Below are positions 12,841 through 24,965 of a stretch of DNA of 64,000 nucleotides, one piece after another. The stretch comes from Lama guanicoe (Eukaryota): assembly GCA_013239625.1 (NCBI GenBank), contig MU054323.1, positions 2,592,161-2,656,160 on the forward strand, read 5' to 3'. Both the position numbers and the translations under genes were made by a program. Positions within the stretch are counted from its first letter, which is position 1. Each line of letters opens with the position of its first letter. The notes under the pieces were generated by a model. That model saw only the letters and a program-made list of their open reading frames with translations, was not told the DNA's origin and ran no database searches.

Positions 12841-13209
12841 GTGCAGAGAGTCCCATACAGGACTAACCCAAAGAGGAACATACAGAGGCATATAGTAATT
12901 AAACTGACAAAAATTAAAGATAATGAGAAAATAATAAAATCAGCCAGAGAAAAGCAACAAATAACATACAAGGGAATTCCCATAAGGTTAGCAGCTGATT
13001 TTTCAGCAGAAACTCTACAGGCCAGAAGGGAGTGGCATAATATATTTAAAGTAATGAAAGGGAAAAACCTACAACCAAGAATACTTTACTCAGCAAGGCT
13101 CTCATTCAGATTTGATGGAGAAATCAAAAGCTTCACAGATAAGCAAAAGCTAAACGAATTCAGCACCACCAAACCAGCTTTACAACAAAAGTTGAAGGAA
13201 ATTCTCTAG
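12841..13209 (+). pseudogene. L1 ORF1p C-terminal remnant (RRM end and CTD)
   Basis: QRVPYRTNPKRN..RHIVIKLTKIKD.EKI.KSAREKQQITYKGIPIRLAADFSAETLQARREW..IFKVMKGKNLQPRILY.ARLSF is canonical ORF1p, ending at its natural stop. Confidence 0.95.
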
Positions 13210-13513
13210 AGAGAAAAGAAAAGGTTATAACTAGAAACAAGAAAAGTAATAGTGAGGGGAGGAGGGTATGAATGCAGGGCGTCTAAAATGCATTTGAAAT
13301 TAAGAGATCAGCAACTTAAAACAATCATGTATATGTATAGACTTCTATACCAAAACCTCATGGTAACTGCAAACTGAAAATCTGTAATAGATACACAGAC
13401 ATACAAAAAAAGAGGACTCCAAATGTAACTCTATAGTCATCAAACCATAAGAGAAGGAAGAAAGAAGAAAGAAAAAAAAAGACCTAAAAAACAAACCCAA
13501 AACAATTAACAAA

Positions 13514-14366
13514 ATGGCAATAAGAACAAACATTCTGATAATTACCTTAAATTTAGATGGATTAAATACTCCAACCAAAAGACATAGACCAGTTGAATGG
13601 ATACTAAACCAAGACCCGTGTATATGCTGTCTACAGGGTAACCCACTTCAGAGCTAGAGACACATACAAGCTGAAAGTGAAGGGGTGGGAAAAGATACTC
13701 CATGCAAATGGAAACCAAAAGAAAGCTGAAGTAGCAATCCTTATATCAGACAAAACAGTCCTTAAAATAAAGACTTGTACAAGAGACAAAGAAGGACTAC
13801 ATGATGCTAAAGGGATCAAACTAAGAAGAAAATATAACAATTGTGAGTATATATGTACCCAACATAGGAGCACCTCAATATATAAGGCAACTGTTAGCAG
13901 ACATAAAAGGAAAAATTGACAATAACACAATAATAGTGGGGACCTTAACACCCCACTTACATCAATGGACAGATCATCCAGACAGAAAATCAGTAAGAAC
14001 ATAGAGGTCTTCAATGATGCATTAGACCAGATGCACTTAATTGATATTTACAGAATATTCCATCTGAAAGCAGCAGAGTACACACTCTTATCAAGTGCAT
14101 ATGGAACATTCTTGAGAATAGATCATATGTTGGCCCACAAAGCAAGCCTCGGCAAATTTAAGAAAACTGAAATCATATCAGGCATCTTTTTGGACCACAG
14201 TGCTGTGAGATGAGAAATCAACTACAAGAAAAAAAGTACAAAACTGCAAACACGTGGAGGCTAAACAATATGCTACTAAGCAACCACTGAATCACAGAAT
14301 AAATCAAAGAGTAAATCAGAAAATACTCAGAGACAAATGAAAATGAAAACACGATGATCCAAAACT
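13514..14366 (+). pseudogene. L1 ORF2p endonuclease domain remnant (frameshifts and stops)
   Basis: ATG at 13514. Fragments KGWEKILHANGNQKKAEVAILISDK, MDRSSRQKISK, LIDIYRIFH, SSAYGTFLRIDHML.HK, DHS. Confidence 0.93.
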
Positions 14367-14644
14367 TCAGAGCTGTGGCTAGAAAAGGGAACACTCCCAA
14401 ACTGTTGATGGGAATGTAGTTTGGTGTAGCCACGAAGGAGGACAGTACGGATGTTCCTTAGAAAACTAAAAATAGGCTTAGCATACGATCCAGCAATCTC
14501 ATTCCTGGGCGTATACCCAGAGAAAACTATAATTTGACATGCACCTCAATGTTCACAGTAGCACTATTTAAAATAGTACAATAGCCAAGACATGAAAACA
14601 ACCTAAATGTCCACTGACAGATGAATGGATAAAGAAGATGTGGC

Positions 14645-14680
14645 ATATAGCTATATAGATATAGATATAGATATATATAA

Positions 14681-14711
<31 letters not shown>

Positions 14712-14725
14712 TACACACACACACA
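14645..14725. repeat. Compound (TATAGA)n(TA)n(CA)n microsatellite inside L1
   Basis: Read directly, between aagaagatgtggc and caatggaatgctactcagcc. Confidence 0.9.
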
Positions 14726-15209
14726 ATGGAATGCTACTCAGCCATAAAAAGAATAAAATAATGCCATTTGCAATAACACGGATGGACCTGGAGATCGTCA
14801 TTCTAAGTGAAGGAAGCCAGAAGGAGAAACAAAAAACACCATTTGATATCGTTGATATGTAGAATCTAAAAAAAAGACACAAATGAATTTATTTACAAAA
14901 CAGATACAGACTCACAGACATAGAAAACAAACTTATGGTTACTAGGGGAAAAGGGAGTGGGAAGGAATAAACTATGAGTTCAAGATTTCAGATACTAACT
15001 ACTATATATACTACTACATATAAAATAGGTAAATAACAAGTTTATACTATATAGCATGGAGAACTATATTAAATATCTTGTAGTAACCTATAATAAAAAA
15101 GAATATGAAAATGAATATGTATGTATATGTATGACTGAAACATTGAGCTGTACACTAGAAATTGACAGGATATTGCAAACTAGCTATATTTCAATTTTAA
15201 AAAAACAAA

Positions 15210-15960
15210 ATCAATGGAGAAAGGACAAAAAAATTTGATAAATTTAAATTAGCACTGACTGTTAAAATACCAATAATAATAATAATCTACCTGGGGGATT
15301 ATATAAAATCAAAGTTGAAAAAATTACTAAACACCAATAACAAGAAAGATGTTCAAAAGGAAGATAAAGACATTGAGTAAACTTGGACTATATTAACTAG
15401 AGCATGAATGGTAGAAAAAATTTAGAGAAACTACTAAAATACTAGCAATAAAATGTATAATTTTTCAATATACTAGACAAAAAAATAGAAAAAAGAGAAT
15501 AACCTATCCAATAAAAGCTGGAGATGAGAAAAAAAGAGAAAAGAAAACAGGATGGCAAATTGAAAACACAATGTTGCTGAAAAATATCAAACTAGTAACT
15601 TAAATATGTAGAACAAAAATTTAAATATTTAGAACCAAATTACAATTAAAGCAACATATTTCTACACATACCACAAATTGTAGTTGTGATTGATCGTAGT
15701 CATGGTTATACGACTTTTCTACTGGACATCTAGCATCTAAGTTCTCAAAGGAAAAATTAAAAGGCTTACATTTATACAGTAGAGAAAAGTAATGATTGAA
15801 AATTAATAAAATAGGTTTTTAAGCTTAAAAAGAAAGTAGTAAATCTAAACTGAGAGATAGTGTTGGGAAGTCAATAATAAAAGCAAAGGAAAAATTTATA
15901 AAATGAAACAAAGGAAATTACAGGGATTATTGACAAACCTAAAAGATAATTAAATGAAAT
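15210..15960 (+). mobile_element. Highly degraded ancient L1M sequence
   Basis: Very A-rich, with L1-like phrases (agagaaactactaaaa, aaagctgg...aaaaagag, cttaaaaagaaagtagtaaatctaaac). Confidence 0.45.
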
Positions 15961-18498
15961 AGCAGAAAGAAGGAAAGATTGAAAGAAAGAAGGAAGGAAA
16001 TAAATGAACAAATAAACGAACCTCTGGCATGGTTAAGAGTGTCCCAAGAAGGTTGAAAAGAGAGAAGGGCAGGATATGCCATCTCAGACAGGGGTGGTTT
16101 ATGTTAATCCTGAATTTTCCTGCCACATTAGAGAAGAGACACGTACCACCTGGACCAGCATCCTTCCCGCCCTGGATTCTTTCTCTAAGTGGGAACCCAA
16201 GAGGATCATCTAGAGGACAATTGAACTGCGGCTGGATCCCTGAACGTAACAGCTTCCTTCTTAACATATAATGGATGTATTGTTTCTGAACTGACTCGAA
16301 GCTCTTTTGAACTCTTCTCTATAAAATGAAGTTTTCAAAGTTTATTCCCCGCTGTGGTAGTTGACTGCCACAAAACTCTTTAACCTTTAAACTTCAAGGT
16401 TTTCAAGCTCTTGGATGTAGAAACTAGGCTGAATGCAGAGCATCAGGCCTCCTGATTATTTGATCATCTCTTCCTATCTACAGGCCTGGTCTCTAAGCTC
16501 TAGCGTGTTCTATGCCTAGGAGCCCCCCCCCCATCATTCTGTCGTACCTGCCTGATTGTGGTGGAGCATCCCAGCTATAGCTGAGCACCTGTTTCTCGGG
16601 GTAACGTAAGAGATAAGTCTCACTCTGAGATCTGGCAAGACCAGGACACATCCCATGGTTACTTTAGCTGGAAAAAAAGATGGAGTGGAGGAGGACCGGT
16701 GGAGACCTTGAACAAAGCCGGGATCAAAGCCTGCAGTTCAGGATTTCTCGCAGGTGTGTTTGATTACTTTGTGCCTACAGTCGGGAACTGTGAGACGTGG
16801 CTATCAATTTGTTTTCGTTCTTTGTTGGGCTGTGTCTAACGATGTCAAAACAACCTGTCAGTTCAACACAAAAGATATTAGCTGGTTCATTGGAGACACT
16901 CACTTACTGCTTGACACTGTGGAGACAGAAAATCTGGGAGCTGGGCTGCCTTCTCCCCTCCCTGGCTTCCCTCCAGCCACGTCTAGTGCATTCACTGTTC
17001 TATGTTAATTGATTGCAAGCTGTGAGAGAGGTCACCGACGCGAGACCTGGTGAGTGAACAGAGTGGCTTTGCCATTGATGGTTATTTGATCTGCATTATC
17101 ACTCACAATGGGCCCTACTGCAGCCGAGGCATATACAATACTTTATGAAACTCATTGTACTTGGATATACCTACTGTTGGTTTATGGTTGGATGAGGATA
17201 CTTATTAAAGTAATTATTAGATCAGTTCCAATAATAGGAGTTTGCTCATTATCTCCACCTTTATCTTCAAAGCATTAGACAAACTGACTTGATCCTTTAA
17301 ACATCCTCTGGTTGGCCTGTTTACATTGGTCAACTGCTACACATTTTAATCTCAGAACATAGTAAGGGAAATACCCGCTTCCTGTAGGCATGAGCAGTGA
17401 TGACAACCTTCTGAGGTTGCGGCTGCCCAGTTATCAGCAGCCACCTTCCTTCCGGCGTTCAGCCTCCTGAATACCCGCTTACACCACTGCAGGGTGCTGA
17501 GAGATGCTAAAGGGTCCAAGGCACAGAACTTACCAAGTCATCTTCCGATGCACATTCTGTGCAAGTAAATGTAGCTTGCTGAGTGCATGTGATTTCATTT
17601 GGAACTTTGAACTACAGAGATTAGGGCAAAAATGATCACATGGACATAGAACAAGCCACACAGCTGCAGAAATAAAAGTGGTATTGATGCTTTAAGGCAG
17701 TCCAGCTGCAGCATGAAGAAAATCTAACAGCATTTTCAGCCTGCAACGTGTTTATTATGGCTAAAGAGAAAACTATTTTTTCAGCTAGTTTTTTTAAGTA
17801 ATGAAAAGGAAGAAAAATATCTACCTTCACATTCTAGTTCTTAAAATCTTGATTTATTTCAATCAGCAATTTGCTTATAATTTTAACTTTACAGACTTTT
17901 AAGTAATTAGTTTAATCTGATAGTCCTTAATTACATAGCTATGAAATATTATGAGGAATGAGTGTCTGATCAAGTGACAGTTCTCAGCAGCCAGAACTGT
18001 TAAAAATTGTTTTCCTCCACATACACATACCACATGGGGTTTTTTTTTCCTTAAGCTGAGTGACATTTTCAACTGACAGTTGTATTAGATTGATCTGTAC
18101 AACATACGGTGAAATGTTGTTTATTTCACATTGAAAATCAATTTTCCTCTTTTGTCCCTTCTTTATAAGGAAGCTACCTTACCTCCAAAGGGAAAACACT
18201 GCTTCCAGAGCTTTAGTTGTTGTGGTGAATGCAAAGGTCACTGGCTACATGTGGCACCACACACCGTGGGGTGAGGCACTTCACTCAAACTGTGACAGCT
18301 TGCTGAAAGAAAGGATTTTGAAGCAGACACGAATTTGGCAGTGATGAAATCTGTTAAACATCTTCTCTACCTTATCAGGAAACATCAGGTGATTCTCTCC
18401 AGCAGCTGTCTCTGCCTCCTTGTTCATTCCATCAGGAAGGCAAGAAGCAGCTCGAAGCTGAGACCTGCCCTTCAGGTCAGTTTCTGAGAACCTGGAGA

Positions 18499-18632
18499 CA
18501 GTGAGAAGGTCCAGGGCTTGGAGTCTGGAGACTTGAGTATCTGCTCAGGCTCTGATATAAGCACACTCTAAGGCCTTAGACAAGACACTTCCAGTTTCTG
18601 AGCCTCAGTTCTCCACTTATAAACTGAGAAGA
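18499..18632 (+). mobile_element. MIR fragment
   Basis: ggcttggagtctggagacttgagt...ggctctg...ccttagacaag...tctgagcctcagttctccacttataaa. Confidence 0.75.
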
Positions 18633-19229
18633 AGAGTTCAGGTGAAGATGACATATTAGATTTATGTCTAGTGTACTCTGTCAGCTTTAGATACATAGCA
18701 ATGATAAATTACATAGAAAAAGAGAAACCCAAAAGACAAAGTTGGGCTTAAAATCATAACAAGCATCACCATGGACTGAAATAGAACTGAAATGCAAGCA
18801 GTCAGCAGAGCTGAAGCCACAAGGCTTCTGGGTCATGATCCAAACCAGAGCAGGAGTAGCCAGGAACCCAGTTTCCATGAGGCAGAATGGACTAAAAGTG
18901 CTCCATGCAGTCCAGGAGATTAAAGCTAGGTTGAGCATCTAAAGTACTACAGGGGAACTCCTCAACATGACACTAGGCCGAAAGGGGCTGCTGCTGATTC
19001 TAACTAGGATTTTTGCTTGGAGGAGACTGTGGGCACAGGGGTGTAGGAGAGCACAAAGGCCAGAAACAGAACCAAGTCACCTGGCTGGCCCACTAATGGG
19101 ATTCGTCATTTCCACAAAACTGCCAGAGGGAAGCAATGCTAAAGTGCTATTAGAAGTTGTGGGGATGGCCTGCAAGCTCAGGAGAGCTACAAGATGGCCC
19201 TACAAACTCAACAGAATAAGAAGGATACA

Positions 19230-20110
19230 CACAGAGGGGGAGATGAGGAAAATAAATTTTGAAATCAATCTGAGACTAAAATTTAAAATACACAAATAAA
19301 TCTTATGGTAAAGAAAGTAGCCAAAAATCATTAACAGATTGAAAAGTTGTTCTTTTCAGATGAAATAAATTGTATAGGGCAGTCTGAGAAAAATTATAAA
19401 ATAAATTTGTGTAGGAACATCAGAGAGATGAATAAATCATTTTTATGAAAATGAAGAAAAAATATAAAACAAAAATTGGCAGAAATTGGACAAGAATAGG
19501 AAATGAAAACAGTCATTAAAATGAAGAAAAAATATTAAAATCTAAACAGGAAATAATAAATGAGGAATTAGTGGATTGGAATACAGTGCAGATAAATTTA
19601 ACTGGGATATCAGTCAAGAGATCTAAAAATCACCTGTTAGAAACAAATCATTGTATGTGTATTTTTAAATAAAGAGAATGGAAGAGTAAGAAAATTGAAA
19701 GAACTAAAAACTTGATAGAACTAGAGAGAGATACGAGTTTTCAGGCTAAAAATATACTTCAACTACTGAGTAATAAAAATATAGTTATGTGCAGATATCA
19801 TAAATTATTAAGAGTAAGGAAACAAATAATAAAAACAACTGGGAAAAGTATACAGGCTACCACAAAGCTTTAACAGTAGGACATAAAGCAGATTCTCCAA
19901 CGGGGTGACAGAAGGCAGAACGTGGTGGGGTTCTACATGCAAAGTACTGTAGGAAAATAGCCAAATCTAGAATTTTATATGCAGCTCAAAGTGTACTTTG
20001 GAACAGGAACAAAATAAAGACACATACACATATACAAAAAAAAAAAAGAAAGTTTAACACCTGTGGCCCTCACTGTGAGAATTTTTAAAATACTACTTCA
20101 ACAAGGATTC
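19230..20110 (+). mobile_element. Ancient L1M/HAL1-like ORF1 region, degraded
   Basis: cagtctgagaaaaattataaaataaat...gagttttcaggctaaaa...ggaaaatagccaaatctagaattttatatgcagc...aaaataaagaca...ccctcactg resembles L1-type ORF1. Confidence 0.55.
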
Positions 20111-20189
20111 TAAATGAAAAAACAAACTCAAACTCAAGTGTAGAGCACAAAAGACAACTTATTATTAAATTACATACACACAAATAGAG

Positions 20190-20579
20190 AGAGAGCAAAA
20201 ATTAATGAAATGTTATCAGAAAAGCAAAGTAATGAAGACTATCAATAAAATCAGAATCTGGTTGATTAAAATAATCAGTGAAATTCAAAAATCTCTAGCC
20301 AGAACAAGAAAAAAAAGACAAATTACCAATATTAGTCAATATCAGTAATGAAAGGGAGACATTGCTAAAGAGTCTATAGATTAAAAGGGTAAGAAGATAA
20401 TAATACACATAATTTATATATATGTATGAATTCTACACATTATATTAAAGGGACAGATTCCTTGAAAAATATCTACTACTAAAGTCATCAAAGAAAAAAC
20501 GATTAACCTGAATAGTCCTATATTTATTAAATAAATATTATATAATTAAATTGTCATTAAGAAACGTTCCCCCCCACTA

Positions 20580-20617
<38 letters not shown>

Positions 20618-21310
20618 TATCCTAGGTCAAGAGGTCAAGATTGTCTTGCCAGTAAATTCTATCAAACGTTTAAGGAGGAAATGCCAATTCTACACAAACT
20701 TTTCAAGAAAATAGAAAAGGAGAAAACACTTATTAATTAATTTTGTGACCCCAAGATATTTTTCATCCACCAAAGAACATACATAGATGAAAAACTAGCA
20801 CATGAAATGTTGCTCAACATCATATCACATTAAGAAAATGCAAACTAAACTACAAAAAACTACACACCTGCTGGAAAGTCTATATAATATATTTTCTTAA
20901 AATGCTGACAACATCAAGCACTGGTGAGGTTTTGTAATAATGCTAATTCATTGCTAGTGAGAATATATAATGGTACAGCCACCATGGAAAACACCATCAG
21001 TTTCTTATAAACATGAACATTGCATATACCATATGACCCAGCTATACCATTCCTAGATGTTTACTCGAGAGAAAGTAAAATTTACTTCCACAGAAAAGCT
21101 CCAAGTGAATGTTTATTCAAAATTACCAAGAGCTGGAAACATCCCAAATGTTCTTCACCAGTACAGGAAAACAAATTGTAGTATGTCTATATGATGGAAT
21201 ACTATTCTGCAATAAAAATGAATAAACTAACTGATACGTGCAACAATGTGAGTTTAATTTCAAATTTGTTATGCTAAATGAAAAAAACTATACATTATAT
21301 GAGTCCACAA
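20190..21310 (+). mobile_element. Old L1M ORF2 fragments and 3' region
   Basis: aattaccaatatt...aatgaaagggagacatt...aacctgaatagtcctata...aaattctatcaaacgtttaagga, then cacatgaaatgttgctcaacatc...taccatatgacccagc...atggaatactattctgcaataaaaatgaat. Confidence 0.85.
20579..20615. repeat. (CA)n microsatellite
   Basis: Read directly. Confidence 0.95.
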
Positions 21311-21319
21311 AAATTACTA

Positions 21320-21822
21320 TACAGAAAAGAGTTAAATTAAAGGTCTTAATAACTGAAGAGAAAGCAAAGGAAGATTCAGTGAACCTGAAGACAAGTCGAC
21401 TGATACTATAAGGAGAAGGAAGAGGTGGAAGAGAAAGAAAAGGAAGAGGAAAGGAAAAGAAATAATAAAAACATTGATCAAAGCACCCAAAATCTGATGG
21501 ACAGTATCGAACAGTCAGACATCCTTAAAACTGGAATCCCAGGATAAAAGGAAATGGACACAAGGAAAATAAATATTTGAGGATATACTGGCTGAGAATT
21601 TTTGAAGTAGATAAAAGATATTAATCCACAAGTACATGAAGCTCAGCTAATTCCAAGAAAAATATAATAACATACAAAAAATTAACTTAGCAATATCAAA
21701 GTGATAAAACTAAAGATAAAGAAGAAATATTTAAAATAACTGAGTGAAAAAAGATGTTATGAATACAATAGAATAGTAATAGAATAATAAGAAGAACTGA
21801 CTTCATAACAGAAACTCTGGAC
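21320..21822 (+). mobile_element. Old L1 ORF1 fragment
   Basis: cagtgaacctgaagacaagtc...ggaatcccagga...aatatttgaggatatactggctgagaattttt...gaagctcag...actgacttcataacagaaac. Confidence 0.75.
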
Positions 21823-22677
21823 CTTGAGTACCTAGCACTGGATCTTACACATAGAGAGGACTCCAAAATATTCATTGAACTCAAATAAATTTACAGCCTG
21901 CTTCAGAGGTTTCCATTCATGATTTAACAAAGAGTACTGTAGATATGGCCATAAGCAAAAACTGATTGCTAACAGAGAGAGCGATGTCAGTCACTGGGTA
22001 AGGAAAAACCAAGTCTGCCACTCAAGTGAAGATCAAGGAGGGCCAAGAAGAATTTAGCACTTGTGTTGCCTGCAAAGGAATAAACATTACCCTCAGATGT
22101 AATGACGTTTTTAATAGGACAACCACAAAGGTTTTCTTCCAATATATTTGGCTCCCTTCTTGAGAACCCAGTCTATTGTGAATATTTGCACTGCTCAAGA
22201 GATTTGGATGGGTTGGAATGAGTTCAGAATAATCCATTACTCTGAAAATTAGACATTTTAAGAGTGCATTTTCTTTGAAAATTTTAAAGAAAAGGGACAC
22301 AGTGAAGTATTCTAATCTTTGGTATTATGGTAACTACTCCAAGCAAAGAAAGGAGATAATCAATTCTCACCATTATTATAAGAACAGAATGAGAAAAAAA
22401 ATAAACTGCACCATGATCTATTTCAACCCAGATAAGATTTACACTTTTGCAAATACATTAAGGTTTCAGCACTATGAAAGTCTTTTGATTGGCTTCCTCT
22501 TACAAGAAAATTCTTTTGTATTTCCTAGGAAACTGTTCAGGGGTATTCTAGGCAGAAGTTTAAAAATAATTTTGCCTGGGGGATACAACTTTTTTTCCTA
22601 ATGATTTTGGGCCTCTCATTTCCATTCCCATATGAAAAGCTGATTTGTAGTGCAATTAACATTGTTCCCAACCCCAA

Positions 22678-23424
22678 GCCCTTCTACACTGCTGGTGGGA
22701 ATGCAGTTTGGTGCAGTCACTGTGGAAAACAGTATGAAGATTCCTCAAAAGACTAGGAATAGACTTAGACTACATGACCCAGTAATCTTGCTCCTGGGCA
22801 CATATCCAGAAGGAACCCTACTTCAAAAAGACACCTGCACCCCAATGTTCACAGCAGCACTATTTACAATAGCCAAGACATGGAGACAGCCTAAATGTCC
22901 ATCGACAGATGACTGGATAAAGAAGATGTGGTATATTTATACAATGGAATACTATTCAGCCATAAAAAACACAACATAATGCCATTTGCAGCAACATGGA
23001 TGCTCCTGAAGAATGTCATCCAAAGTGAAGTAAGCCAGAAAGAGAAAGAAAAATACCATATGAGATCCCTTATATGTGGAATCTAAAAAAAAAAGAACAT
23101 AAAATGCAAAACAAAAACAGACACATAGACATAGAATACAAACTGTGGTTGCCAGGAGGATAGGGGTGGGAAGGGACAGACTGGGAGTTCGAAATTTGTA
23201 GATACTGACAGGCATATGTAGAACAGATAAATAAGACTATACTGTATAGCACAGGGAAATATATACAAAACCTTGTGATAGATCACAGTGAAAAAGAATA
23301 CAACAGTGAATATACATATGTTCATGTATAACTGAAAAATTGTGCTCTACTCTGGAAATTGACACAACGTTGTAACTGACTATAACTCAATTAAAAAACA
23401 AAAAACAAAAAATCAAAAAAAACC
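22678..23424 (+). mobile_element. Young camelid-type L1, 5'-truncated, with 19-bp TSD
   Basis: ORF2 C-term KDTCTPMFTAALFTIAKTWRQPKCPSTDDWIKKMWYIYTMEYYSAIK, 3'UTR and A-rich tail. TSD acattgttcccaac(c/t)ccaa at 22659-22677 and 23425-23443. Confidence 0.97.
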
Positions 23425-23699
23425 ACATTGTTCCCAACTCCAACATCTCTGTCTGAGAACAGGCTGGAAGTGTCAACAATCTACAAGATACCCCAATACT
23501 CATAGTACTTATAAGACTCATCTTAGAACTTAAACTAACCAAAGGAAAATAAATTAACCCAGTCCTTCTAGGAGGTCATCAAGGGCCATTCCTTTTCCAT
23601 CACTGACCTTCTCTCCTTAGACTCAGTTTTATCCTAAGGCCGGTTATTTTTGCTCTCACTGAATACCCACCCATAACAATCCTTCCTTATTCTTGCCAA

Positions 23700-24060
23700 C
23701 AGGACTGAGAGAGCATCTCTTCCTGAGGTTGTTCTTATGAGCAAAGAAAATTTTACTGAAGACCCGTAAAAAAATATCATCTCATATCTCATTGCTCGAA
23801 TGTTTACTTCCTGTCCATTTATGAACACATTTCTTCCAACAGGGAATGCCACATGGTGATTAGCTTAGGCCTGGGTTCCCACATCCTTCTCTGGCAACAA
23901 GAGTAGGAATGACCATGAATGATTTAATGTGACCAAGAGCCCATATCTGGAGCTGGGAAGGTCTACAAAAGAAGGCCAGAGTGACTGCTAGAGAGACAGG
24001 CAGTGCTCGTTGAATGCTGCTGCCCACTGCACAGGAAATGCTGTCAAGTGTTTGTGGGGC
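23700..24060 (-). mobile_element. Old MLT1 (J/K/L-like) LTR remnant
   Basis: tgattagcttaggcctgggttcccacatcct...ctggagctgggaagg resembles old MaLR LTRs in reverse. Confidence 0.4.
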
Positions 24061-24869
24061 TGGTTAGTTTGGGGATGTGCTCCTTCCATTTTATATCTGG
24101 TTTTCCATTGGTGTCTTACAAGGACCCTTCAGTAGCAAGAAAACTAACCAAAAGCCGAACGTGATGCTGTCCTATTCTGCCCTTCAAGGGAAGACAACCT
24201 GGCAGGAACATTTCGTTGGGAAGGCAAATGAATGAAGCAATGTTGCTTGAGAATATGAGGGGAAATTCCAAATCCAGATCTTCCTAGGGAAACAAGATGC
24301 CGCAGAATCTGTCAGATTCATTGAGGGATGGGGAAGAGCATAGGGGGCATAGGTGCCCCTGTTGCTCTCAGCTAATATCAGGAGGATGCAGGTGCTTGAA
24401 GAGCTGGGGAGGAAAGTTGTGTGGCAGTGGCTGACTCAGCAAAATGACTTCTAAGGAAATGTTCTGAGCTTTATCCTCTGAGTCCAGGCTACATAGCACT
24501 TTAAAAACTCTTGCCTCTGTGGCCCGATTAGATTGGGAAATACACTTCTTGTTCCAGATATTTATTTAAAAGTTTCATTTTCACTTAATAAATCCATAGC
24601 CATGGCATACATGGAAGGTTTCCCCACGTGGTAATTTATGCTTATTGCAGAATTACCTTTCAAAGTGCATGGGCTGCCTGTCACTGAGGGAAGTTGTGGC
24701 CACTCAGTTTTTAGACTTATTGGCTGTTATAGATTTGGGAGTTGATATACATTTGAAATGTTTATGCTTTCTCTTTCTTGTTAATTATCGATCTAAACCT
24801 TTATGAATTCTGAGAGATTTGCGAACAAGGCTTTCATTAATCCCCAAGGCTGCTGAGAAGTCGGGGCAA

Positions 24870-24965
24870 TGGAATTCCCAATTCACAGATAGGCAGGAGA
24901 CCTGGAAACCAACAGACTAATTTCCAGGGCCACATAGTGGGTCAGTGCTGGCCAAGCTTAGAGAC
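24870..24965 (-). mobile_element. MIR core fragment
   Basis: attcccaattcacagatagg...taatttccagggccacatag. Confidence 0.5.

Larger units (their letters stand above)
12686..15205 (+). mobile_element. Lineage-specific L1, 5'-truncated and lacking the RT domain (ORF1 C-term, spacer, ORF2 EN, ORF2 C-term, 3'UTR, polyA)
   Basis: Translations match L1 ORF1p and ORF2p. The 3'UTR ends gctgtacactagaaattgacagg...tatttcaattttaaaaaaa, a camelid-type tail. Confidence 0.95.

Noticed and set aside
24260..24269. NF-kB site gggaaattcc (also gggaattccc at 12972 in L1)
   Set aside because: Isolated degenerate 10-mers are expected several times in 64 kb.
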